This document shows, one piece after another, positions 29,632 to 40,433 of a stretch of DNA of 59,115 nt. Position 1 is the stretch's first letter. Each line of letters opens with the position of its first letter. A program made the position numbers and the translations under genes. Where the stretch lies: NCBI GenBank assembly GCA_035566615.1, contig DATMQV010000267.1:1-59115 (forward strand), written 5' to 3'. The notes under the pieces were generated by a model. That model saw nothing but the letters and a program-made list of their open reading frames with translations. It did no database searches and had not been told where the DNA came from. This stretch comes from Xanthobacteraceae bacterium. Its GTDB lineage: Bacteria; Pseudomonadota; Alphaproteobacteria; Rhizobiales; Xanthobacteraceae.

Positions 29632-29694
29632 GCCTTTATAATCACTAACTTTTCTACCAACGCACGCCGCGCAGCAGCGGCAATGAGGGTCATC

Positions 29695-29991
29695 ATGGCG
29701 AAACTCAAATTCCGTCCTCTGCACGATCGCGTGGTCGTCAAGCGCATCGAAGCGGAGGAGAAGTCGAAGGGCGGGATCATCATTCCCGACACCGCTAAGG
29801 AGAAGCCGCAAGAGGGCGAAGTCGTCGCTGTCGGGCCAGGCGGCCGCGACGAGAACGGCAAGCTGATCGCCATGGATCTCAAGGCCGGAGACCGCGTGCT
29901 GTTCGGCAAATGGTCGGGCACCGAGGTCAAGCTCGAGGGCGACGATCTCCTCATCATGAAAGAGTCCGACATTATGGGCGTCATCGCATAA
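29695..29991 (+). CDS. groES: Co-chaperonin GroES
   Basis: The product reads [49 protein letters not shown]... and is 98 aa. Confidence 0.95.
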   Translation: MAKLKFRPLHDRVVVKRIEAEEKSKGGIIIPDTAKEKPQEGEVVAVGPGGRDENGKLIAMDLKAGDRVLFGKWSGTEVKLEGDDLLIMKESDIMGVIA

Positions 29992-30025
29992 AGCGCGCCC
30001 GCCAACAAGAATTCTCAAGGAGTAG

Positions 30026-31672
<1,647 letters not shown>

Positions 31673-31694
31673 TCCCGTCGCCCACGAAATGCCG

Positions 31695-31726
31695 AAGGGC
31701 GCGGTGCAAGCCGCGCCCTTTTTTTG
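31695..31726 (+). terminator. Rho-independent terminator after groEL
   Basis: The stem AAGGGCGCGG / CCGCGCCCTT (10 bp, 6-nt loop) is followed by a T run (tttttt). Confidence 0.8.
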
Positions 31727-31783
31727 TCGCCGGGCGCCACATATTCGGTGCGCTAAACCGAGCGCGACATCCAGGAGAAGACG

Positions 31784-32599
31784 ATGGCCGCACAAGACGC
31801 CGACCCCTTCGCCCAATACAAGGCTGCTCAGCGGGAGGCCTGGGCTTCGTTCCTGCCGGTCGAGGTGATCACCACCATTCCGGCCGCGAAGCTCGTCAAA
31901 TTCGCGCAAGTCTCGTCCGGGCAAAAAGTGCTTGATGTGGCCTGCGGCGCCGGCGTCGTCGCGGTGACGGCCGCGCGGCGCGGTGCGATCGTGTCCGGCC
32001 TCGATCTATCGCCGGTCTTGCTCGAGCGTGCGCGCTACAATGCCGAGCTCGCGGGCGTGACCGTAGACTTTGCCGAAGGCGACGCTGAAGCGCTCCCCTA
32101 TCCGGATGCTTCCTTCGACGTCGTGCTCAGCCAATTCGGCCACATCTTTGCGCCGCGTCCGCAAGTCGCCTTGAGCGAAATGTTGCGGGTGCTCAATGTC
32201 GGCGGTCGTCTTGCATTTTCGAGCTGGCCGCCCGAGCACTTCCCCGGCCGCATGTTCACTTTTCTGGCGGACTATTCGCCGGCACCTGCCGGCACAGCAC
32301 CACCGGCTCCGCCGGCATTATGGGGCGATCCCAACGTCGTGCGCGAACGGCTCGGCGCGGCGGTCACCGGCCTTACATTCGGACGCAATACGCTGACCGG
32401 GCCGGCGCTCAGCCTGATGCATTTCCGCGTGGCGCAGGAGAAAACAATCGGCCCGCTCGGTAAAATTGTTGCATCACTCGAGAACGATGCCGCCAAGCTC
32501 GCGAAGTTCCGCGCCGAATTCGAAGCAATGGCGAGCGAAGCCTATGACGACAACGCGATGCGCATGCCGTTTCTGATGACGCGCGCGACGAAGGCTTAG
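31784..32599 (+). CDS. Class I SAM-dependent methyltransferase
   Basis: It has the SAM-binding motif I VLDVACGAGVV and a downstream acidic loop (FAEGDAEALPYPDASFDVVLS). Confidence 0.8.
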   Translation: MAAQDADPFAQYKAAQREAWASFLPVEVITTIPAAKLVKFAQVSSGQKVLDVACGAGVVAVTAARRGAIVSGLDLSPVLLERARYNAELAGVTVDFAEGDAEALPYPDASFDVVLSQFGHIFAPRPQVALSEMLRVLNVGGRLAFSSWPPEHFPGRMFTFLADYSPAPAGTAPPAPPALWGDPNVVRERLGAAVTGLTFGRNTLTGPALSLMHFRVAQEKTIGPLGKIVASLENDAAKLAKFRAEFEAMASEAYDDNAMRMPFLMTRATKA

Positions 32600-32660
32600 A
32601 GCATGATCCGGAAAAGTGGAAAACCGGTTTCCGAAAAGATCATGCTCCATCAAAAAATCA
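32599..32660 (+). repeat. Palindromic intergenic element, copy B
   Basis: The sequence is gagcatgatccggaaaagtggaaaaccggtttccgaaaagatcatgctc. Its first base is the last base of the methyltransferase TAG stop. Confidence 0.75.
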
Positions 32661-32692
32661 ATATCGATCGCAGCGGTTTGCAGTAGCGAACC

Positions 32693-33106
32693 TCAGTTCG
32701 TCATCAGGCGAAATCGCAGCGTCGTGGCGCCGCGCAATTCGATTACATCACCGGTTCGTCTCCAGTTCGTCACTTGCGCTAGCGCCGCCAACAGGCTTTC
32801 ATCGCCGCTCTGGCGATCCGCAGGGCATTGCGTTGGCTGCATCGGACCGGGAACGATGCTGATCGAATCCTCTCCGACGCTGGCCTGGCCGCGCAGGCTT
32901 GCGCACCACAGATCGATCGAAGCCGCGCCGTTGGCATCGATCTCGATGATCGGAACGCGCTTGGAGCCGGGCATCGGCGCGACGTCGAGCATAAGCTCGC
33001 GATCGAAGGGAAAAGTGCGTTCGCTGGCGGCGGCTGGGAGAATAAGCCCGCATACGAGGAGGCAAGACAGCCACGAGCCGTAACGCCGGGTGACGCGAGA
33101 CATCAT
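32693..33106 (-). CDS. Small secreted protein, possibly META/HslJ-like
   Basis: It starts at the ATG at 33106 or 33103 (MMSRVTRRYGSWLSCLLVCGLILPAAA, a signal peptide). Two Cys residues and the pattern ...LLAALAQVTNWRRTGDVIELRG... are reminiscent of META domains; this is a weak, by-eye call. Confidence 0.45.
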   Translation of the reverse strand: MMSRVTRRYGSWLSCLLVCGLILPAAASERTFPFDRELMLDVAPMPGSKRVPIIEIDANGAASIDLWCASLRGQASVGEDSISIVPGPMQPTQCPADRQSGDESLLAALAQVTNWRRTGDVIELRGATTLRFRLMTN

Positions 33107-33214
33107 TTCTCCTCGTTGAACGGCAACCGCGATGAAGTAATCGTCGCCCGCTCCCCCCAAGCGTGCGACAACATCGTGAAGACGCTTATGAGCTACCGGT
33201 CGGGCCGAGCGGCG

Positions 33215-34873
33215 TCAATGCACGATCATTCCGGTGAACACATAGGCCTGCAGCGTCACCAAAATGCCAACCAGACAGGCCAGCGCGATGGAGTGGAAGA
33301 ACACGAAGCGCAAGATCGAGCCTTCATGCCCGAACCAATTGGTCGCGGTCGACGCCACCACGATCGACTGAGCGTCGATCATCTTGCCCATCACGCCGCC
33401 CGAGGAATTGGCCGCGCTCATGAGAATCGGCGAGAGGCCGAGCTGCTCCGCGGTGATCTTCTGCAAACCGCCGAACAGCACGTTCGACGCGGTGTCGGAC
33501 CCGGTCAGCGCGACGCCAAGCCAGCCGAGCAGCGTGCCGAAAAACGGATAGAACACGCCGGCGCCGGCAAAAGCGAGGCCGAGCGTCGCGTCGATGCCCG
33601 AGTACCGGGTCAGGGTGCCGATCGCCAGCATGGCCGAAATGGTGATCAGCGAGTATGCGCAGACCTTGATCGTGCGGCCATACTCGACCACGAGCTTGGC
33701 GGGCGAGAAGCCCATGAGGAAACCGGAAATGATCGCCGCAAGCAGCATGCCCGAGCCGGTAAACGATATATAAGTGAAGGCAAACACGGCGGCCTCAGGC
33801 AGAGGTTTCGCCACCACCGGCGGCACTTTCTGCACCGCATTGTGCAAGCCTGTGACCGGATAGTTCCACGTGAAAATCGGATTGACTAGACTCTTGAACC
33901 AGCCGGTGCCCCAAATCAGCAGGATGACGCAGACGATAATCCACGGCAGCAGTGAGCGCAACACGGCGGCGCTGCTCAGCGTGTCGGTCTTTGCGGGCGC
34001 GACCGGCGGGGCGGATGAAGCGGAATCGTCGCGGGTGCGCAGCGCCGGCGAGAGCCACAATTCCTTCGGCTGCCAGATCTTGAGGAACCCGATCAAACAA
34101 GCCATCGAGATCAGCGAGGCACCGACGTCGACGATCCAGGGATTGATGAAGTTCGAGATCAGGAATTGCGGGATCGCAAACGAGAGACCGCAAACAAGGA
34201 TCGCCGGCCAGATCTCCAACATTCCGCGCCGGCCGGCGAAAGCCCAGATCAGCCAGAACGGCACGATCAGCGAGAAGAACGGCAATTGCCGCCCCACCAT
34301 GGCGCCGAGCAAATAAGGATCGAGGCCGGTCACGCTCGCAAGCCCGGCGATCGGCGTGCCGAGCGCGCCGTAGGCGACCGGCGCGGTGTTGGCGATCAGC
34401 GACAGACCGGACGCGGCCAACGGTGAGAAGCCGAGACCGATCAGGATCGCGCCCGTCACGGCGACCGGAGTGCCGAAACCGGAGGCGCCTTCAAAAAATG
34501 CGCCGAAGGAAAACGCGATCAAGAGGAGCTGAAGTCGCCGGTCGCGCGTGACTCCGCCGATGGCCTGCGACAGCGTTCCGAACGCGCCCGTGGCCACGGT
34601 CAGCCGGTAGAGAAAGATGACATTGAGCACGATCCAGCCGATGGGGAAAAAGCCCGCGACCGCTCCAAGGACAGCGGCCCGTAGCGCGAGCCCGGCCGGC
34701 ATGGTGAATAGAAAAATGGCGACCAGGATCGCGATGACGAGCGCAATCACGGCGGCATAATGGGCTTTAACCTTACCGGACGCGATCAGGACGAGAAGGG
34801 AAACGACCGGCAAGGCGGCCGCGAGCGTCGAGATGACGGCACTATTGAACGGATCGTAGACTTGATTCCACAT
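33215..34873 (-). CDS. L-lactate/glycolate permease (LctP family)
   Basis: The 552-aa polytopic protein has the LctP-family N-terminus MWNQVYDPFNSAVISTLAAALPVV...FFEGASGFGTPVAV. Confidence 0.9.
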   Translation of the reverse strand: MWNQVYDPFNSAVISTLAAALPVVSLLVLIASGKVKAHYAAVIALVIAILVAIFLFTMPAGLALRAAVLGAVAGFFPIGWIVLNVIFLYRLTVATGAFGTLSQAIGGVTRDRRLQLLLIAFSFGAFFEGASGFGTPVAVTGAILIGLGFSPLAASGLSLIANTAPVAYGALGTPIAGLASVTGLDPYLLGAMVGRQLPFFSLIVPFWLIWAFAGRRGMLEIWPAILVCGLSFAIPQFLISNFINPWIVDVGASLISMACLIGFLKIWQPKELWLSPALRTRDDSASSAPPVAPAKTDTLSSAAVLRSLLPWIIVCVILLIWGTGWFKSLVNPIFTWNYPVTGLHNAVQKVPPVVAKPLPEAAVFAFTYISFTGSGMLLAAIISGFLMGFSPAKLVVEYGRTIKVCAYSLITISAMLAIGTLTRYSGIDATLGLAFAGAGVFYPFFGTLLGWLGVALTGSDTASNVLFGGLQKITAEQLGLSPILMSAANSSGGVMGKMIDAQSIVVASTATNWFGHEGSILRFVFFHSIALACLVGILVTLQAYVFTGMIVH

Positions 34874-35222
34874 GAGCGTCGCTCCCTACTCGCATCGGCG
34901 CCCGAGAGATTTCTTTTTCGGCGAAAGACCCCAATCCGCCGCAATTTTTTGAGGCGGCTCACCGCAGCCGTACTGGACGAAATCTCACCGACCCGACGTC
35001 TTTACGTGCATGTTCCGCACGAATTTTGTGTCCGATCTGTGCGCCGATACCCCCGCCGGCATGTTATGGTGAAAATCAAGGGCGCGACAATACTGCTTTG
35101 GACTAGGCGTCGAAAAGCACCAACGAAATGCCCTACTGTTGTGGGCAGCTTGGCTTTTTTGCGCCGCACGCGCACGGCACTAGCGATCGAGAATCGCCCG
35201 TGCCTCAAAGAGGGAGCAACCC

Positions 35223-36968
35223 TTGAAGAAGATCGCTTCGACAATCGCCACGATCTGGCGGCTGTCCATTCCGTATTTCCGTTCCGAGGATCGCTGGCCC
35301 GGCCGCATCCTGCTCGCCGCCGTGATCGCGATGGAGCTTTCGCTTGTGGCGGTGAACGTGGTCCTGAACCTTTGGTATAATCGTTTCTACAACACGCTGC
35401 AGGATCGCGACTGGAATGCTTTCGTCAGTGCGATCCTGTTCTTCTGCGTGCTCGCCGCAATTTACATCGTGCTCGCGGTTTACAAGACCTATCTCACGCA
35501 ATGGCTGCAAATTCGTTGGCGACGATGGATGACGCAAGCCTATCTGCAGCGATGGCTCAATGCGGCGAACCACTACCGCATGCAGCTTCTCGGCGATGCC
35601 GCCGACAATCCGGACCAGCGCATTGCCGAGGACATAAAATCCTTCATCGACTACGCTCTGCAAATCAGCACGGGCGTGCTGAGTTCAATTGTGAGCTTTT
35701 GTTCGTTCGTCGTTATTTTGTGGGTCCTTTCCGCGCAAGCACCGCTGCATTTGTTCGGTGCGCAAATCGCAATCCCCGGCTATCTGGTCTGGGCCGCCCT
35801 GATCTATGCGGCACTCGGTACCGTATTGACACATTTGATCGGCTGGCAGCTCATTCCTCTCAACTTTCAGCAGCAGCGCTTCGAGGCGGACTTCCGCTTC
35901 AATCTGGTACGCACGCGTGAAAATTCCGAACAGATCGCGGCACTCGGCGGCGACGACGCTGAGCGCGACGGCCACCTCGGTCGTTTCCGCCCAGTGATCG
36001 CCAACTGGCTTGCGATCATGCAGCGAACAAAGCTCGTCAATTTCTTCGCCGCCGGCTATTCACAGGTATCAGTCATCTTCCCGTACATCGTGGTAAGCCC
36101 GGCCTATTTTGCCGGCGCGATGCAGCTCGGCGGTCTCATGCAGACCGCATCCGCGTTCGACAGCGTGCAGAAGGCGCTTTCCTATTTCATCTCGAACTAT
36201 CAAAACATCGCAGAGTGGCGCGCGATCATCGATCGATTGTCCGGATTTGAGCAGTCGATCGAAGCCAGCAGAGCGGCCGCGCTGACCCCACCAAGTGTCG
36301 AGGTCCTGCAGGGCGGCGGAGCGCCATTTGCCGCCGAGCGACTTGATGTGCGGCTGCCGGACGGCGAACCGATCGTGGCCGTCGACCATATTGCGTTTGA
36401 CGCCGGCGACCGCGTCCTGATCACCGGACCTTCCGGCTCCGGCAAGTCGACACTGTTCCGCGCCATTGCTGGCATCTGGCCGTTCGGTTCCGGCCGCGTG
36501 CACGTGCCGGCGAATGCCAAGATGATGCTGATCCCGCAGCGGCCGTACTTTCCGGTCGCTCCGCTCGCCGCGGCCGTGAGCTACCCCGCCAGCGCGGGCG
36601 CGTTCGACGACGCGCGCGTCGCCGAGGCGGTGGTTGCCGTCGGGCTGTCCGAACTTGTTCCGCGCCTCCATGAAGAAGAGCACTGGAATCGCATGCTGTC
36701 GCTCGGCGAACAGCAGCGGCTTGCGATTGCGCGCGCACTGTTGCATGCGCCCGACTATCTCTTGCTCGACGAGGCGACCGCCTCGCTCGATGAAGCGGCC
36801 GAGGCGACGCTCTATCGTTTGTTGCACGAGCGGCTCAAGGGCACGACCATCATTTCCATCGGTCACCGCTCGACGCTCGGCGCGTTCCACGGACGCCGCG
36901 TCGAATTGGTGCCGGAGGCTGCATCCTTTCGGGTACGCGAGGTACCGCTGGCTTCGGCGGCGGAGTGA
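35223..36968 (+). CDS. SbmA/BacA-like transmembrane domain fused to an ABC ATPase (YddA / Rv1819c-type transporter)
   Basis: It starts at a TTG. The N-terminal block reads WRLSIPYFRSEDRW...NLWYNRFYNTLQDRDW. It has Walker A GPSGSGKST, signature LSLGEQQRL and Walker B LLLDEATASLD. Confidence 0.85.
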   Translation: MKKIASTIATIWRLSIPYFRSEDRWPGRILLAAVIAMELSLVAVNVVLNLWYNRFYNTLQDRDWNAFVSAILFFCVLAAIYIVLAVYKTYLTQWLQIRWRRWMTQAYLQRWLNAANHYRMQLLGDAADNPDQRIAEDIKSFIDYALQISTGVLSSIVSFCSFVVILWVLSAQAPLHLFGAQIAIPGYLVWAALIYAALGTVLTHLIGWQLIPLNFQQQRFEADFRFNLVRTRENSEQIAALGGDDAERDGHLGRFRPVIANWLAIMQRTKLVNFFAAGYSQVSVIFPYIVVSPAYFAGAMQLGGLMQTASAFDSVQKALSYFISNYQNIAEWRAIIDRLSGFEQSIEASRAAALTPPSVEVLQGGGAPFAAERLDVRLPDGEPIVAVDHIAFDAGDRVLITGPSGSGKSTLFRAIAGIWPFGSGRVHVPANAKMMLIPQRPYFPVAPLAAAVSYPASAGAFDDARVAEAVVAVGLSELVPRLHEEEHWNRMLSLGEQQRLAIARALLHAPDYLLLDEATASLDEAAEATLYRLLHERLKGTTIISIGHRSTLGAFHGRRVELVPEAASFRVREVPLASAAE

Positions 36969-36987
36969 CCAAGCTCCGCCTGCCGGT

Positions 36988-37002
36988 TGGCATGTAAGTT
37001 GC
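36988..37002 (+). promoter_or_regulatory. Sigma54 (-24/-12) promoter candidate
   Basis: TGGCAT-GTAAG-TTGC has GG and GC 12 nt apart, as in the TGGCAC-N5-TTGC consensus. It lies 67 nt upstream of the ATG at 37070. Confidence 0.55.
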
Positions 37003-37069
37003 CGTTCCTCCCTGGCGTGACTGGCTGAACAGCCGGCGTTTCAATGCTCCACCAAGGGGGAACGTAGTC

Positions 37070-38512
37070 ATGTGCACAGGAGACGATCACACCTGCCCAG
37101 ACTTTGAGCTTCATCGGCAGAAGCTTCTGGATGATCTCGACGGCGAAAGGCGCAGCTTTCTCAAGAGTGCGTTCCTTGCAGGCGGCGGAGCGGCGGCGGC
37201 CTGGGCCGGCGCCGGCACGCTGGCGACGCCTGCGTCGGCACAGACCAAACCCGGCCAGCCGACCTACCATTACCTGCCGGCGAACTCCGACACCGTGCAT
37301 TGGGGCTATTTCAGCAAGCTTCTAAAGCCGCAGCTTGAAGTCGATTCCGGCGACTACATCACCATCGAAGCCGTAACCCATCACGCCGGCGACGATACCG
37401 AGCGTCTGGTCAAGGGCGACCCAGGGGTCGAAAGCATCTACCTCTGGACCAAGGAGAAAAAAGGCGTCAACCGCCGCGGTGCCGGCCCAGTCGACGGCAA
37501 GCTCCTCGGCCGCGGCTCAGGCGAAGGCTTCGGCGTCCATATCTGCACCGGACCGGTCTATATCCGCGGCGCCGAGCCGGGCGACATTCTCGAAGTCCGC
37601 ATCATCGACGTGAAGCCACGGCCTTGCGCCAATCCCGCTTACGCCGGCAAGTCGTTCGGCAGCAACGCGGCAGCGTGGTGGGGTTTCCACTACAGTGATC
37701 TGCTCACCGAACCGAAGCCGCGCGAGGTCTGCACGATCTACGAGATCGACACCAGCGGCCAACGCAATTGGGCGCAGGCGGTCTACAATTTCCGCTGGGT
37801 GCCGCAAACCGACCCCTTCGGCGTCGTGCACAAGATCATCGATTATCCGGGCGTGCCGGTCGACCATTCGACCGTGCAAGAGACCCACGGCATATTGAAG
37901 AATGTGCGCATACCGATCCGCCCGCACTTCGGCGTCATGGGCTTGGCGCCAAAGGAAGCCGATATCGTCGACTCGATCCCGCCCGGCTATTTCGGCGGCA
38001 ACATCGATAACTGGCGTATCGGCAAGGGCGCGACGATCTACTACCCGGTCGCAGTGCCCGGCGGCCTGTTCTCGGTCGGCGATTCCCATGCGGCTCAAGG
38101 CGATTCCGAGTTGTGCGGCACCGCCATCGAGATGTCGCTCACCGGCACCTTCCAGCTCGTGCTGCACAAGAAGGATAAGCTCACCGGCTCGCTCGCCGGG
38201 CTGAACTATCCGCTTTTGGAGACCCAGGACGAATGGGTGCTGCACGGCTTTTCCTTCGCCAACTATTTGGAAGAGCTCGGCCCGACTGCGCAGCAGGACA
38301 TCTATAAGAAATCGTCGATCGATCTCGCTCTGCGGGATGCGTTCCGCAAGATGCGCAGCTTCCTGATGAACACCAAAGGCTTGAGCGAAGACGAAGCGAT
38401 CTCGCTGATTTCGGTCGCCGTCGACTTTGGTGTTACCCAGGTGGTGGACGGCAATTGGGGCATCCACGCCATCGTCAAGAAGAACCTGTTCGCGGGCACC
38501 GGGACAGTTTGA
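37070..38512 (+). CDS. Acetamidase/formamidase (FmdA/AmdA) family protein with twin-arginine signal
   Basis: The 480-aa product has ERRSFLKSAFLAGGGAAAAWAGAGTLATPASAQ after a 26-residue N-terminal extension. FmdA-family blocks follow (GPVYIRGAEPGDILEVRI, GGNIDNW, SVGDSHAAQGDSELCGTAIE). A strong RBS (AAGGGGGA) precedes the ATG. Confidence 0.85.
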   Translation: MCTGDDHTCPDFELHRQKLLDDLDGERRSFLKSAFLAGGGAAAAWAGAGTLATPASAQTKPGQPTYHYLPANSDTVHWGYFSKLLKPQLEVDSGDYITIEAVTHHAGDDTERLVKGDPGVESIYLWTKEKKGVNRRGAGPVDGKLLGRGSGEGFGVHICTGPVYIRGAEPGDILEVRIIDVKPRPCANPAYAGKSFGSNAAAWWGFHYSDLLTEPKPREVCTIYEIDTSGQRNWAQAVYNFRWVPQTDPFGVVHKIIDYPGVPVDHSTVQETHGILKNVRIPIRPHFGVMGLAPKEADIVDSIPPGYFGGNIDNWRIGKGATIYYPVAVPGGLFSVGDSHAAQGDSELCGTAIEMSLTGTFQLVLHKKDKLTGSLAGLNYPLLETQDEWVLHGFSFANYLEELGPTAQQDIYKKSSIDLALRDAFRKMRSFLMNTKGLSEDEAISLISVAVDFGVTQVVDGNWGIHAIVKKNLFAGTGTV

Positions 38513-38521
38513 GCGACAGTG

Positions 38522-38552
38522 CGGCCGGCGGCGAAACAAACGCCGCCGGCCG
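38522..38552 (+). terminator. Hairpin terminator after the formamidase-family gene
   Basis: It has a perfect 12-bp stem, CGGCCGGCGGCG / CGCCGCCGGCCG, with the 7-nt loop AAACAAA. It starts 10 nt after the stop. The downstream tract is only weakly T-rich. Confidence 0.65.
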
Positions 38553-38696
38553 ATTCCGCTATGCCTCGTGCCTGCCAGCGCTGAGCGCAGCCCCGGCGAC
38601 CCTGGCATTTCCCTCCTCGGCAACTATGTCAATGGGACGGCCCCACGGGCCAAGTCACGTTCAAGTCTTGAAGTCGCATCGAAAGAGGCTCGTCCC

Positions 38697-38978
38697 ATGA
38701 AAGCCAGTGTCGACGGACACATCATCGCGCAGAGCGACGACATCGTCGCCTGCCACGGCTACCAGTACTTTCCGCAAAGCGTCGTGCGCATGGATTGGCT
38801 GCGGAAGACCGAGAAGACGGCAGCCGACCATGCTTGCCCGCATGGCGTGCAGTTCTACGACGTGGTCGTCGACGGCAAGCGCCACGAGCGCGCCGCGTGG
38901 CAATACGAGAGGCCGCGCCCGGAAATGGCGCAGGTCGGCGGACGCTTCAGCTTCTGGCAGGACGTCGAGGTGGCGTGA
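38697..38978 (+). CDS. DUF427-domain protein
   Basis: The 93-aa product from the ATG at 38697 (MKASVDGHIIAQSDDIVACHGYQYFPQSVV...HACPHGVQFYDVVVDG...AWQY) matches my recollection of the DUF427 family pattern. Confidence 0.6.
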   Translation: MKASVDGHIIAQSDDIVACHGYQYFPQSVVRMDWLRKTEKTAADHACPHGVQFYDVVVDGKRHERAAWQYERPRPEMAQVGGRFSFWQDVEVA

Positions 38979-39019
38979 CGATCGGAGCGCGAGCGAGCCC
39001 GTCAGCACGTCCCGAATTT

Positions 39020-39095
39020 CCGCTCGTCCCCGCGAAGGCGGGAATCCAGCGGCCTGTGCAACCGACTATGTCCGCGCCTTCGCGGGGACGAGCGG
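39020..39095. repeat. Perfect 21-bp inverted repeat (REP-like) between convergent genes
   Basis: CCGCTCGTCCCCGCGAAGGCG (39020-39040) and CGCCTTCGCGGGGACGAGCGG (39075-39095) are exact reverse complements separated by a 34-nt loop. Confidence 0.85.
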
Positions 39096-39121
39096 TACAA
39101 GACCCGCCGGCTCGATCGCCG

Positions 39122-40195
39122 TTACGCCGCCGCTTTCTTGCGGTTGGCCTCGAGCCTCGCGTCGACCAGAGCGACCTGCGCGTCGATCGCCGGATGATGC
39201 AGGCCGCGCTGCGCAGCGATGAGTTGCACCAGTTTGTCGGCTCGTTCGATGTTGGGGGCGCCATTTTGCAGGGCGCGAGCCGCCGACGCCGGCCGCGTCA
39301 GCGACTGTGCCGCCGCGGTGTATTTTTCGAACGGCACCAGATCCTCGAGCTTCGCTCCGAGCTTGACGCAGAGATCAACTACAAAGTTGTAGACCGAGCG
39401 TGAGGTTTCGATGTCGCTATGCACGGCCTCCTGGGCGGTGCGCATGCCGTCCTTGGTGACGCAGCGGTAATTCCCTGCCAGCAGCATCGCCCATTTGGCC
39501 AGCGGCACGAACAGCGAATCGTAGACTTTCAGTTTGACTGGAAGCTCGACCTTGCCGTCCGGCGTATCGAAGCGGATGGCCTCGATCTCGTCCTGCAATT
39601 GCCGCAACAAGGCGGTGTGCTGTTCGGACGGAAAGCGCGCGACCTTGAAATTGGTCGGCAGCGTCACCAGCAGCACATTGACCTTTTCGTCCGGCGGGCG
39701 GATTGCCTGTGGATCGGGGCTGCACAGCGTGATGCGGGAAGGATCAACATTGTCCCACACACTGGCGTCGGTGTAGGCCGGCTTCAGCGCGTTCGCGTCG
39801 AGACCGGGAATACGCCGCAGATAGGCAAGCGGCGGCATGTTCATGATCGACATGCAGGGCACTTTCGCCCGACCGATGGCATCGAGGAGTTCGCGCACCC
39901 CGGCAGACCGGTACTGCGGCTCCTGCATGGCGAGGCCGACCAGGTCGTACTGCTTGGGATCGATGCCGGTCGTCCCGCCGGCGGTGACTTTGCCCGCGAG
40001 CTTACGCGAATCGAGTTCCACGGGATTGGGGCGACCGCGTACCGGCAGGCGGACGCGAAAGCCTTCGGCGTTGATGAGGTCGGCCTCGGCCGGCAGGCAT
40101 ACCAGCCGAATACTGTGCCCGCCGAACAAAAGCTTGGATGCGAGCAGCGAACCGTAGGACGCGCCGAGGATCAGGATGTTGTAACGCGCTGCCAT
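39122..40195 (-). CDS. Uncharacterised NAD(P)-binding Rossmann-fold protein (ketopantoate-reductase/ApbA-like N-terminus)
   Basis: The 357-aa product has an N-terminal dinucleotide-binding motif, NILILGASYGSLLASKLL. The rest has no motif I can name. Confidence 0.5.
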   Translation of the reverse strand: MAARYNILILGASYGSLLASKLLFGGHSIRLVCLPAEADLINAEGFRVRLPVRGRPNPVELDSRKLAGKVTAGGTTGIDPKQYDLVGLAMQEPQYRSAGVRELLDAIGRAKVPCMSIMNMPPLAYLRRIPGLDANALKPAYTDASVWDNVDPSRITLCSPDPQAIRPPDEKVNVLLVTLPTNFKVARFPSEQHTALLRQLQDEIEAIRFDTPDGKVELPVKLKVYDSLFVPLAKWAMLLAGNYRCVTKDGMRTAQEAVHSDIETSRSVYNFVVDLCVKLGAKLEDLVPFEKYTAAAQSLTRPASAARALQNGAPNIERADKLVQLIAAQRGLHHPAIDAQVALVDARLEANRKKAAA

Positions 40196-40379
40196 GGCCA
40201 GGCTCCCGTGAAAACGAGAATACCGCCGGCGCGCTCAGAGCCAACTCCGCCAGGACCGGCGATCAATTGCTGGAAATCTAGGTCCGCCACCCACCTCGGG
40301 CAATCGCCAATTCCGCATCGCAGGGACACGGCCGGCGGCGAGGCGCAGCGAAACAGCGGAGCATGATTAGGTGGTCGGG

Positions 40380-40405
40380 GGCGGCCGCGTGTTGGCGCGG
40401 CCGCC
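40380..40405 (-). terminator. GC-rich hairpin downstream of the lysine-rich protein gene
   Basis: The stem is GGCGGCCGCG / CGCGGCCGCC (10 bp) with a 6-nt loop. It lies 29 nt past the stop at 40434. There is no clear U-tract, so terminator function is tentative. Confidence 0.4.
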
Positions 40406-40433
40406 TTCCTCCACAGTCTTAGACTGCCCGAAA

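Noticed and set aside
35040-35222. A possible cobalamin riboswitch in the 349-nt leader of the BacA-like ABC transporter. The string GGTGAAAATC and a hairpin GGCAC...GTGCC just before the RBS prompted this.
   Set aside because: I cannot find the B12 box (AGNCMGGAGACCKGCC-like) or the GCCACTG element. Only one short similarity remains. A covariance-model scan (Rfam RF00174) would settle it.
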